From NCBI GenBank assembly GCA_965204535.1, contig OZ241996.1, positions 1,152,001 through 1,216,000 of the forward strand: a stretch of 64,000 nt of DNA. Direction: 5' to 3'. Position numbers and translations under genes: made by a program. Shown here in pieces: positions 1 to 8,175 of the stretch (positions within the stretch are counted from its first letter, which is position 1; each line of letters starts with the position of its first letter). Below the pieces are notes generated by a model. The model worked only from the letters and a program-made list of their open reading frames with translations. It did no database searches and was not told the DNA's origin. The stretch is from a bacterium (lineage in GTDB: Bacteria > UBA8248).

Positions 1-132
1 AAATCCCGATGCAACGAAATGCTGGCCGCTTTGAGGGAGATGGGCGTCACGCAGCCGCTTTTCCGGATACCCGACGAGACGCCCGAAGAGGACGTGAAGC
101 GCGCGCTCGGGGTTTTGGGAGAACTCGACTGA
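1..132 (+). CDS. C-terminal fragment of a gene entering from the window edge, possibly an LLM-class flavin oxidoreductase
   Basis: Frame 1 open from base 1: KSRCNEMLAALREMGVTQPLFRIP...LGELD*; the L..MGVT pattern is typical of LLM C-termini. Confidence 0.4.
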   Translation, partial: KSRCNEMLAALREMGVTQPLFRIPDETPEEDVKRALGVLGELD

Positions 133-136
133 ATAT

Positions 137-661
137 CTAAGCGGGGTATCGTCCCCAGCCTGCGATGTGGCCCCTCAGATAGCAGATTTGCCCGATGTGC
201 GAGAGGTGGTCACCGAGAAATCTTCCCAGTACCAGACCGAGCTTGATGGGCTTCTTGGTGTAGAAATCGATTTCTTCCCTGTCCAGGTCCGCCGCGCTCA
301 ACCCCGAGAGGCAGGGGAGCGTTTTGCCGCGCACCGCTTCGAAATAGCCCATCAGGGTGTCCTTGCTGGCTCTAAGGGCCAGTACCTGTTCGAGCGTGAA
401 GCCCACACCTGTGCATTCGGCGTCGGGCTCCATGCCGAACCGCTCGTGCCATTTCCCCTCTATCCAGAGCTCCGGGGTTCCGCCGAGGAACGAAAACGTC
501 CTGTCCTCGAAGCGCGTCATGTGCCAGATGAGCCATCCCATGGGATTGTCGTTCGGACCGGGCTGAAGCATGAGGTCCTCGTCGGTGACGTCTTCCATGA
601 CTTCTCTGAGCCTCATGCCGTAGGCTTCGAGGCGCTCCCTGATGATTGTCGGCGCATCCAT
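137..661 (-). CDS. DinB/YfiT-family protein
   Basis: N.MGWLIWHM..FED and H..HIGQI.YLR His motifs; GGAGG RBS. Confidence 0.85.
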   Translation of the reverse strand: MDAPTIIRERLEAYGMRLREVMEDVTDEDLMLQPGPNDNPMGWLIWHMTRFEDRTFSFLGGTPELWIEGKWHERFGMEPDAECTGVGFTLEQVLALRASKDTLMGYFEAVRGKTLPCLSGLSAADLDREEIDFYTKKPIKLGLVLGRFLGDHLSHIGQICYLRGHIAGWGRYPA

Positions 662-728
662 GCCGGGCCTCCTCCGTTCGTTGCGGAAACGAAAAACGCG
701 GGAATTATATACTTTAGTGCCTTAATGG

Positions 729-1004
729 TTATTCCCCTAATTTAGCATTGAATTTCTCTTCGAGTTTGTTGTCTATGACTTCTTCCAATCGTTTGAAGAA
801 TAAATCCATAGTCCCTTTATTTTTTTCACTTGTTCCACGAAGTGCACGATCCACGAACAATGCGCTTTGCATTTCTAAAATCAATTTTGCCAAATAATCA
901 GTTCTTTCATTTATACATTTTTCTAATTGAAGATATGCTTGTTGTATTTCAGACATGTCATCCTCCAGCTTCTTAATCCGTGCTTCTAGTTTTCCATCCA
1001 TCAT
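729..1004 (-). CDS. hypothetical coiled-coil protein (IS passenger)
   Basis: 91-aa ORF with AAGGAG RBS and heptad-like pattern. Confidence 0.6.
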   Translation of the reverse strand: MMDGKLEARIKKLEDDMSEIQQAYLQLEKCINERTDYLAKLILEMQSALFVDRALRGTSEKNKGTMDLFFKRLEEVIDNKLEEKFNAKLGE

Positions 1005-1057
1005 TATTTATACTCCTTTTCAGTTAATGAAAATTCTACAAATTCTGAAAATAATAC

Positions 1058-1086
1058 TTGACAACTCCGGCACCATCTAGTATAAT
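1058..1086 (+). promoter_or_regulatory. consensus sigma70 promoter of the transposase
   Basis: TTGACA (1058-1063), 17-bp spacer, TATAAT (1081-1086); AGGAG RBS before ATG 1114. Confidence 0.85.
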
Positions 1087-1113
1087 TGTGTCATTGAATA
1101 GGAGAAAGAATCA

Positions 1114-2052
1114 ATGGCACAGAAAGCACCAGGCAAGGCATTCAGAGAAGGCATGAGCATCATGGATGCAATGAAGATGTTTCCCGATGATGCAACCGCC
1201 GAAAAGTGGTTCATCGAGAAACGATGGCCTGTTGGCGTATGTTGTCCTGAATGTGGCTCCTTGAATGTTCTCACTGGCGCAAAGCACAAGACAATGCCTT
1301 TCAGGTGTCGTGAAAAGGAATGCGGCAAAAGGTTCAGCGTTCGCACTGGAACAATCATGGAATCTTCAAATCTCGGATATCAATTATGGGCTATGGCTCT
1401 TTACTTCTGCCTCACCAATCTCAAGGGCGTATCCAGCATGAAGTTACACCGAGACCTTGGGATTACCCAAAAATCCGCTTGGCACTTGACTCATAGAATC
1501 CGAAAGGCACTTGAATCAAATAGTGGATTTTTTGATAGTCCAGTAGAAATCGATGAGACTTATATTGGCGGTTTGGAAAGGAACAAGCATAAGGACAAGA
1601 AACAAAATGCCGGACGCGGCGCAGTAGGCAAATCCGCCGTAGTTGGTATCAAGGAGCGGAAATCCAACAAGGTTAAGGCCAAGGTGGTAGAAGATACAAA
1701 GAAAGAAACCTTGCAGGATTTCGTGAATGAAAACGTGGAAGGTGAAGCCGAAAAATACACTGATGAAAATCGTTCATACAGGGGATTGAATAACCACAAG
1801 AAGGTGAACCATAGCATGGGAAAGTGGGTGGACGAGATGGCTCATACAAACGGCATTGAATCCTTCTGGTCAATGTTCAAGCGAGGCTTTCATGGGACCT
1901 ATCACAAAATGAGCCATAAGCATTTACAACGATATGTCGATGAATTCTCTGGAAGGCACAATATCCGTAGTCTTGATACAATCAAGCAGATGGAGGCTAT
2001 GGTAAATGGCATGGACGGGAAGCGACTCAAGTATAAGGATTTGGTGGCTTAA
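1114..2052 (+). CDS. IS1595-family (ISXO2-like) DDE transposase
   Basis: Zn ribbon CPECG...CREKECGKRFSV; VEIDETYIGG, YTDE, HTNGIESFWS, KHLQRYVDEF motifs. Confidence 0.95.
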   Translation: MAQKAPGKAFREGMSIMDAMKMFPDDATAEKWFIEKRWPVGVCCPECGSLNVLTGAKHKTMPFRCREKECGKRFSVRTGTIMESSNLGYQLWAMALYFCLTNLKGVSSMKLHRDLGITQKSAWHLTHRIRKALESNSGFFDSPVEIDETYIGGLERNKHKDKKQNAGRGAVGKSAVVGIKERKSNKVKAKVVEDTKKETLQDFVNENVEGEAEKYTDENRSYRGLNNHKKVNHSMGKWVDEMAHTNGIESFWSMFKRGFHGTYHKMSHKHLQRYVDEFSGRHNIRSLDTIKQMEAMVNGMDGKRLKYKDLVA

Positions 2053-2053
2053 A

Positions 2054-2230
2054 ATGTCGAAGAAAAAGACGAAACAAAAATTGCCGGTAGTTGAAATCGT
2101 GAAATCGACGTATCAGCCTTCCAAGGCCGAACAAGAAAAAGAATTTGACTTGCCGAAAATGACGCTAGATGAAGCGGCGGAACGATTGTTGCGTCCAGTG
2201 CAAATACGTCATACGGACAAGCCGAAATAA
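2054..2230 (+). CDS. small basic protein immediately after the transposase
   Basis: ATG 1 nt after the transposase stop; MSKKKTKQKLPVVEIVKSTYQPSKAE..., 58 aa. Confidence 0.65.
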   Translation: MSKKKTKQKLPVVEIVKSTYQPSKAEQEKEFDLPKMTLDEAAERLLRPVQIRHTDKPK

Positions 2231-2255
2231 ACTCATTTCTCGTATAAATAGGTAT

Positions 2256-2477
2256 ATGAATACACACACTCTACCAAGAAACAAAAAAGAATTAACAGAA
2301 TTGATGGAAAGAACCGGAGAAGTGATTCCTAGAGATTGTTTTCCTGATGAAGAATCTTACGCAAAGTTTCGCCGAGGATTAGTTGCACTTGGCGAACTTG
2401 ATTATCATGGTCTGACTGATGAATATAAGGAAATGTGCCAGAGGGAGTTCGAAGGCCAGCTTGATGATCTAAAGTAA
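2256..2477 (+). CDS. hypothetical protein (IS passenger)
   Basis: 73-aa ORF MNTHTLPRNKKELTELMERTG..., AGGT upstream. Confidence 0.5.
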   Translation: MNTHTLPRNKKELTELMERTGEVIPRDCFPDEESYAKFRRGLVALGELDYHGLTDEYKEMCQREFEGQLDDLK

Positions 2478-2600
2478 TAAGAAAATCATTTATGGTTGGT
2501 TCAAACCGAGGAAGGGAAACAATAGTGGCGGCAAGTGCTCCAATGAATTTTTCTACTGCTTCTTGACTAAATTGGTTCTTGTTTGTCTCTTCATTATTCA

Positions 2601-3038
2601 TCATTTTTCGCTCCTGAAAAGTGATTCAATAGTTTCAATCTCAATACCTTCGTTATATTTGTCTACTTGATTCGGAATAGTGAACAAGTCGATGAACCAC
2701 CAGATGGCGTAAACAAACAATCCTAAAAAACCAATTGCCGCTAGAAACATTCCCTCGGACAATTCTTCGCCATATGAAACCTGGGAAGCCGGATCAATGC
2801 TCATGATAAGACCTATGAAAAGAAACCAAACGGCAATGGATGGCGCAATTACGTATAAAATTCCTGCCCAAATTCTACCGAGATAGAACTTGTGAATTCC
2901 AAGGAAACTTAAAAAGAACCATAGAACATAGGTCAGGCCAACGGATTTTTTCCTTCGTTCGACTTCACTTTGCAAAATATGAAATTCCCTATCATCAAGT
3001 TCCTTTTTCATGGCTATTAGATTTTGGGGACGATTCAT
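2601..3038 (-). CDS. TM2/NINE-domain membrane protein
   Basis: KKSVGLTYVLWFFLSFLGIHKFYLG and WWFIDLFTIP motifs. Confidence 0.85.
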   Translation of the reverse strand: MNRPQNLIAMKKELDDREFHILQSEVERRKKSVGLTYVLWFFLSFLGIHKFYLGRIWAGILYVIAPSIAVWFLFIGLIMSIDPASQVSYGEELSEGMFLAAIGFLGLFVYAIWWFIDLFTIPNQVDKYNEGIEIETIESLFRSEK

Positions 3039-3604
3039 GATGATGTTTCCTTTACGGGAGATTCTTTTCTAAACCAAATCCGGCTTTCTCTGGTGAAAGC
3101 AAATACTATGGCGATGCATTCAAGAAACAATCGAGCAGTTTGAGATATTTCCAAAAAGTTCAAGGAAACAAGTCCTGATGTAATTTCTGATATTTGAAGT
3201 GTAAAAGAAAGAATGGAAAATCCAGAAATAATGACGATGATCCATTTAGCGATATTGCTTCTCTTCCGTGAAGCGAGCAGACACAATATTGCTATGCTTC
3301 CATACACAAAAAGCAAAATTCCTAATTGAAGAAAAATGGATATTTCTACTTCAGGACGCATTTCGGGATAACGAACATATATTTGCAATTCTATGAATAG
3401 TGAAAGTAGATACGCGGCCTCGAAATTTTTGATTGACTGAGGTCTTTTATCCTGTTCTTCTTCCAATCTTTCTTGTTCTTCTTTCAATATTTGTTTTTGT
3501 TGTTTTTCTTCCTTCCATCCATCTTTTAATTTTCGATTGCGTTCTCGCGCTTCCCGTTCTTGACGTTTCCACCAAGGTTCTTGTTCTTCTGGTTTTTTGG
3601 ACAT
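3035..3604 (-). CDS. hypothetical membrane protein (charged N-terminus, about 4 TM)
   Basis: Start MSKKPEE with GAGG RBS; hydrophobic segments; ATGA overlap with the TM2 gene. Confidence 0.7.
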   Translation of the reverse strand: MSKKPEEQEPWWKRQEREARERNRKLKDGWKEEKQQKQILKEEQERLEEEQDKRPQSIKNFEAAYLLSLFIELQIYVRYPEMRPEVEISIFLQLGILLFVYGSIAILCLLASRKRSNIAKWIIVIISGFSILSFTLQISEITSGLVSLNFLEISQTARLFLECIAIVFAFTRESRIWFRKESPVKETSS

Positions 3605-3628
3605 GATTGCCTCTATGACAATAACATT

Positions 3629-3790
3629 CCCGGCTTTCCAACAAGGCCGGGCCTTGGCTACCATCACAGAGAGAAAGTGAAGTCTCGCCTATTTACCTTT
3701 TGTTCGGGGAGCTACCCCAAACTAGGTACGAAGGCTTTTGTATTCAGCGAGTGACCCGACGTGCGGTCGGAATCCCTCTATGATGGTAGC
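3629..3790 (-). ncRNA. candidate structured RNA, copy A of a three-copy family
   Basis: Closing stem GCUACCAUCAUAGAG/CUCUGUGAUGGUAGC; inner hairpins; core GGUCACUCGCUGAAUACAA shared with copies at 30393 and 32289. Confidence 0.6.
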
Positions 3791-3798
3791 TGGAAAAG

Positions 3799-3828
3799 AT
3801 GGTATGTGAGGTCGAATGTTAAAGTCAA
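3799..3828 (-). promoter_or_regulatory. sigma70-like promoter of RNA copy A
   Basis: TTGACT, 18 bp, TACCAT on the minus strand, 8 nt before the closing stem. Confidence 0.6.
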
Positions 3829-3937
3829 GATGCTATCAAACGGGGAGAAGTGAAAATGCGTATAAATAAATATAGGACTCTGGAAGATTAGGAAAGAAAT
3901 TGAAGAATATTTTTAGGCACTATTGTATATAATTCCC

Positions 3938-3968
3938 AAAACGCCCCTCGAAAACGGGGGCGCATTTC
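3938..3968 (-). terminator. likely intrinsic terminator of the deiodinase-like gene
   Basis: CGCCCC...GGGGCG hairpin followed by a T-run on the minus strand; the IS inserted at its tail. Confidence 0.55.
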
Positions 3969-3982
3969 AAAGACGAATTTCG

Positions 3983-4675
3983 CTAGATAGCCGTGTCGGC
4001 GCGAGCGGTGAAGATGGTGTGCTCCATCCTGGGCATCCCCTCGAACTTGGGATCCTCGTTCACCATCCCGGCCAGATATTCATCCACGTGCTCCGCATTC
4101 GACCACGTGCATTTGTAGGCCACTTTCCCATCTTTGCCGATGAGCCAGATGGTGTTCGGCAGGTCCCCGAGCATGGCGTGCACCTTCTGGTCCATTTCGT
4201 CGACGAGGATGTTGGTTTCCATGTTCTTTATTTCGGCCAGCTTCTGGGCGTAGCTTCGCTTGTGCTCGTAGGATTCGTGGTTTCTGATCTCGGGGAATCC
4301 GCGCTCGCCCGCGTGGGGTTCCCTCACGTAGAGATTGAAGACGGCCACGTCGCGATCCGCATATTTCTCCTGCAACTCTTCGTAAAACGGCACCTGCCGC
4401 CTGTACGGCGGTCACGTGATGGCGCCCGTGGTGATCACCACGTATTTCTTGCCCAGATAATCCGCCATGCGATGGACGTTCCCGTGAATGTCCTTGAGTT
4501 CGAAGTCGGGGAAGGGGGCGCCGGGAGGAAGAACGTCCGGGAATTTCTCATAAAAACTTTTGACCCGTTTGCTCGTGACGAGTTTGATGGTCTTCCACAG
4601 GTTCAGATACTGCCAGGACCAAAAACCCGCCAGCGGCCCCCAGGGTTTGGGGACGGAATCGTTAGCCGGCCTCAT
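3983..4675 (-). CDS. selenocysteine-containing deiodinase-like (thioredoxin-fold) protein, 230 aa
   Basis: ORFs 4412-4675 and 3983-4393 are in frame across TGA 4412-4414, giving TTGAIT-U-PPY (deiodinase GSCTUPPF), plus YVREPH motif and a downstream SECIS. Confidence 0.9.
4381..4407 (-). promoter_or_regulatory. bacterial SECIS element
   Basis: CGUA(C)AGGCGGC-AGGU-GCCGUUUUACG stem-loop; apical loop starts 16 nt after UGA and resembles the E. coli fdhF AGGUCU loop. Confidence 0.8.
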
Positions 4676-4872
4676 ATGAAATGACTCCTCTGCGATGTAC
4701 GCTTGATTGTATGATGGTGTGTAAGCCCGCTATTTGTTTACCCAATCGCAGAGTGAAACACAACCGCCAAGAAGTGGGAACGGAAAAAGGTTCCTGGGGG
4801 GTGAATTTTGCGAATTTTTTTCACATTGTTTTTCAAAATATTTTGTCATTTATCTAAAGTAAATTGTAGGGA

Positions 4873-5030
4873 TTAAAAATCGAACGACAGCTGCGGCTCT
4901 TTTTCCCCCGAAGCGCCTTTTGGGGGATGTTTCGAAGAATCTTTCTCTTTGCTTTGGGTGCGCGGCGGTTTTGTCGGGGTTTCTTTGCGCTGGCATCTCT
5001 CGGCGGTGTCGCGCAGGGTACGCAGAATAG
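4873..5030 (-). pseudogene. diverged duplicate of the 3' end of the 6156-6953 protease gene
   Basis: Encodes KPPRT...SSKHPPKGASGEKEPQLSFDF*, matching KPPRT...SSNHPQKGASGEKEPQLSFDFK*; no 5' part. Confidence 0.8.
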
Positions 5031-5175
5031 ATGTGTGGGAGCCATACGGACTGGTTATTCGTGAGGCCGACGCTGCAAGGTGCACAGTAGACCGACTTTG
5101 AACAGGCCAGGAGACAGAACTCTTGGTCGCTCAGAGTGCGCCTTGGCCGTTTCATCATGGTCCTGTTGCAGCCAA

Positions 5176-6102
5176 TTACGTGGATACCTCCAGAAACCGC
5201 TTTATAGCTTGTATGATACGTTCCGGTGCGTCCTCTTGAAGGAAATGACTCGCCTCCTCCAACTCATGCGTCGTTGCATGGGGATAAAGCTGTTGCCACA
5301 TGCGCAACACCGCAGGGGGAAGCACCGGGTCCTGCATACCCCAAACCAAGAGCACCGGGATATGCTGGAACTGTGTCAAGCCGTTCTCGATTTGTTGCAT
5401 CTCCGCGTAGGATTCGTCACTTGCCGTGACGGGAATATCGCGTGACCAGCACAGAAGCGCACGCCTGGATTCTGGTGTGCGGAACGGGGCTAGGTAGGCA
5501 TTCAGGACGGTCTCCGTGAGGTGGTTCGAATGGGCGGTCGTTCCCATCAACGCGGGTTTCACATAGCCATTCTTGCCCATAATAAAGGCTTCCCCACGGG
5601 GTGAGCGGATGAGTTCTATCAGCCGTGGCAACGGTCCCCCCGGCCACCGCGCGAACGCCCACGTATTCATCAGGATTAGCCGTTTCAAGCGGCTGGGATG
5701 TCGGATAGCGAAGCCCAGACCGACCGGCCCTCCCCAATCATGGACGACCAAGGTGATGTCGCGTAGTTCCAACCTCAAGATGAGCGTTTCGAGATTGTCA
5801 ATATGATGCCGGAGCCGATACGGATATGGGATTTCAGGCACGCCGGACTTGCCCATGCCCATGTGGTCGGGAACAATGCACCGGGCGTATTTGGAGAGGG
5901 ATGGGAGAAAGCGCCGATAGAGATAACCCCAAGTCGGGTCGCCGTGCAACAGGACCAGTGGGTCTCCTTCACCCACATCCACATAGTGCATTTGAAAGGA
6001 GTCCAGTTCCACATAGTGGGGCTCAAAAGGAAACGTCCCGTCAAAGTTCGCCTCTCTGAGACCAAGCACACGTCTGTTCCTTCCAATTCTCTTCCTGCTC
6101 AT
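5176..6102 (-). CDS. haloalkane dehalogenase family alpha/beta hydrolase (HLD-III/OleB-like)
   Basis: HGDPTWGYLYR, PDHMGMGKS, nucleophile motif VVHDWGG, ASHFLQED. Confidence 0.85.
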   Translation of the reverse strand: MSRKRIGRNRRVLGLREANFDGTFPFEPHYVELDSFQMHYVDVGEGDPLVLLHGDPTWGYLYRRFLPSLSKYARCIVPDHMGMGKSGVPEIPYPYRLRHHIDNLETLILRLELRDITLVVHDWGGPVGLGFAIRHPSRLKRLILMNTWAFARWPGGPLPRLIELIRSPRGEAFIMGKNGYVKPALMGTTAHSNHLTETVLNAYLAPFRTPESRRALLCWSRDIPVTASDESYAEMQQIENGLTQFQHIPVLLVWGMQDPVLPPAVLRMWQQLYPHATTHELEEASHFLQEDAPERIIQAIKRFLEVST

Positions 6103-6155
6103 ACAATAGGGCAGGTTGTTGACATCATGCTCCCCGAATAGAAACTTTCTAATTG

Positions 6156-6953
6156 CTACTTAAAATCGAACGACAGTTGCGGTTCTTTCTCGCCGGAAGC
6201 GCCTTTTTGGGGATGATTCGAAGAAATGTCTTCTTCTCCTCGGGTGCGCGGCGGTTTTTGGGGTGACTTCGCTTCTTCAGGCCTCGCATGGGTGGGGAGT
6301 TCAGATTCCCCCGGCGGGGGCCATCTCGGCTTTCTCGTTTCAGGCCGGGACGCAGCGTTCGGCCTCCCCGGCTCCTGAGAGTCGTTTCTCGACTTGAGGT
6401 CTGCGGCCGCCATTTCAAATGCCCTCGTCAAATTTTCAGGTTTTTGCCAGACGGCTTCTTGCGAGGATGCCCGGCCCCCGCCCTTCATGCGCATGAGTTT
6501 GGCTTTCAAATCCTCGATGCGCGCGTAAAAGCCGGGGCTGTGGGGCGTGGAGGGGATTCTGAGAAATTTCCGGTCGATGTGGTGCATGAGTTCGTGAATG
6601 AGTGTATCCAGAAACGTCTTGCCCGCGACGATCTGTTTGCGGATAGACGTGAGATTTGCGATTTCGATCATCGCGTTTCGGCAGTGGTAGACGCCGTAGA
6701 GCTTGTAGGCGAGTTTTCCTTCATACATTTCGTGGGGCTGCCGCTCGTTGATCACGCGCAGGCGCGCCCGCGGGATTTTGAGGCTTCGGCAGATGTTGTC
6801 GAGCAGTTTCTGGCCCAGCGCTTCGCGCTCGCTCGCGCTCGTGGATTCGATGAGCTTTCTGGTGAGTTCACGCTCCTCGTCTGCCGGTCGGTATTCGAGC
6901 GCCGGGAATTTGTTGGAGCGCGTGAAATCCGGTGTATTGCGGCGCCTGCCCAT
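6156..6953 (-). CDS. SprT/WLM/YgjP-like zinc metalloprotease with disordered tail
   Basis: TLIHELMHH...PHSPGFY zinc motif; terminal QLSFDFK. Confidence 0.75.
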   Translation of the reverse strand: MGRRRNTPDFTRSNKFPALEYRPADEERELTRKLIESTSASEREALGQKLLDNICRSLKIPRARLRVINERQPHEMYEGKLAYKLYGVYHCRNAMIEIANLTSIRKQIVAGKTFLDTLIHELMHHIDRKFLRIPSTPHSPGFYARIEDLKAKLMRMKGGGRASSQEAVWQKPENLTRAFEMAAADLKSRNDSQEPGRPNAASRPETRKPRWPPPGESELPTHARPEEAKSPQKPPRTRGEEDISSNHPQKGASGEKEPQLSFDFK

Positions 6954-7066
6954 GAGAGATGGTTTCCGAGACGAGTCCGGGCGGAACAAGTCGCAGATAT
7001 GCGATAAGCCAACGAGTCAGGATTATACGCGAATCAGACCCCCGTGGCGAGAGGGCTGATTCGGGC

Positions 7067-8104
7067 CTAGTCGTTCTCCAGAATCTCCTCGATCGTCACA
7101 ATCCGCCTCTCGGCGTTGCTCTTGAGAATTGCCCGCATGATGGCGAGCGCGCGAACACCGTGGCGCCCTGTGACTTCGGGGTCCCTGTCCTCTCGAATGG
7201 CGTCGACGAGGTCGTCGAACTGCTCGCGGTTGGCGAGGAGCCTTCCCTCCACGAGGTCGTGGTCGAGTTCCACGATTGTGGTTTCGAGCCCGCCCATCGG
7301 GTCGATGGGGCGCTTGAGGTTCGGGTTTTCCGTCGTGGAAAGACTCAGGTTCGCTTCGGTGCCCTGAATGTCGTAGGCGAAGTGGAACGGGGCCAGATAG
7401 CTGCTGGAAATAACGCCCATCAGCCCGCTCTTGAAGCGCAGGATGGCCGCGGCGGCGTCTTCCTGGGGGTTGGGGCCGCCCACCTTGGCGCATGAGCCGC
7501 TCACCTCGTCCACGTCGCCGAAGAGGTATTCCATCATGTCCGCAAGATGGATGGTATAGCTGTAGAGCGGTCCTCCCGGGTTCTCCGTGGCGTCCCACCG
7601 CATGCTCTTGGGACCGGCGGTGAAGCCGTGGTTGTTCGAAAAAGTGGCGACCGTGTAGTTCACCAGCCCCAAATCCCCGCTCTCCACGATTTCCTTTGCC
7701 TTGCGGAACATCGGCCAGCGCCGGAAGTTCTGCCCCATGTGGAGTTTGACGCCGAAGTCCCTGCAAGCCTGTTCGATGGATTTCGCGTCGGAAACGCTGA
7801 GCGCCATGGGCTTTTCCAGATGAATGTGCTTGCCCGCTCGGGCGGCGGCCATGGCGATTTCCTTGTGCACGGAGTTCGCGGTGGCGATGACGACGGCTTC
7901 AGTCTCAGAGTCGGCCATCACCTCGTCAATAGAAGTAAAATTCTTTCCGCCGTATTTGCCCACAAACTCCTCGCGGGAAGAGGGCGTGCGGGCGAAGCCG
8001 CCTGTGACTTCCACCTTGCCGGAAGCGAGGGCGGCGTCTGCGAGCACGGCACCCCACCAGCCGAGCCCGATGAAGGCCATGCCGATTTTTGGAGAATCAT
8101 TCAT
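7067..8104 (-). CDS. Gfo/Idh/MocA family oxidoreductase
   Basis: IGLGWWG Rossmann motif, GKHIHLEKPMA. Confidence 0.93.
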   Translation of the reverse strand: MNDSPKIGMAFIGLGWWGAVLADAALASGKVEVTGGFARTPSSREEFVGKYGGKNFTSIDEVMADSETEAVVIATANSVHKEIAMAAARAGKHIHLEKPMALSVSDAKSIEQACRDFGVKLHMGQNFRRWPMFRKAKEIVESGDLGLVNYTVATFSNNHGFTAGPKSMRWDATENPGGPLYSYTIHLADMMEYLFGDVDEVSGSCAKVGGPNPQEDAAAAILRFKSGLMGVISSSYLAPFHFAYDIQGTEANLSLSTTENPNLKRPIDPMGGLETTIVELDHDLVEGRLLANREQFDDLVDAIREDRDPEVTGRHGVRALAIMRAILKSNAERRIVTIEEILEND

Positions 8105-8175
8105 CTATGGTTTCCTCGTATAAAGAAAAATGCGCGTTACACCCAAGCGAATGGAGAGCGGGTAGCTGATTTCTT

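Larger units (their letters stand above)
700..3937. mobile_element. IS1595-family element carrying passenger genes (3238 bp)
   Basis: Imperfect TIRs GGGAATTATATACTTTAGTGCCT (700-722) and AGGCACTATTGTATATAATTCCC (3915-3937); direct repeat AAAACGC at 693-699 and 3938-3944; AT-rich interior; internal IS1595 transposase. Confidence 0.9.

Noticed and set aside
2329-2604. 91-aa minus-strand ORF after the TM2 gene
   Set aside because: Has an ATGA overlap but overlaps the 2256-2477 ORF antisense by about 150 bp; cannot decide which is real
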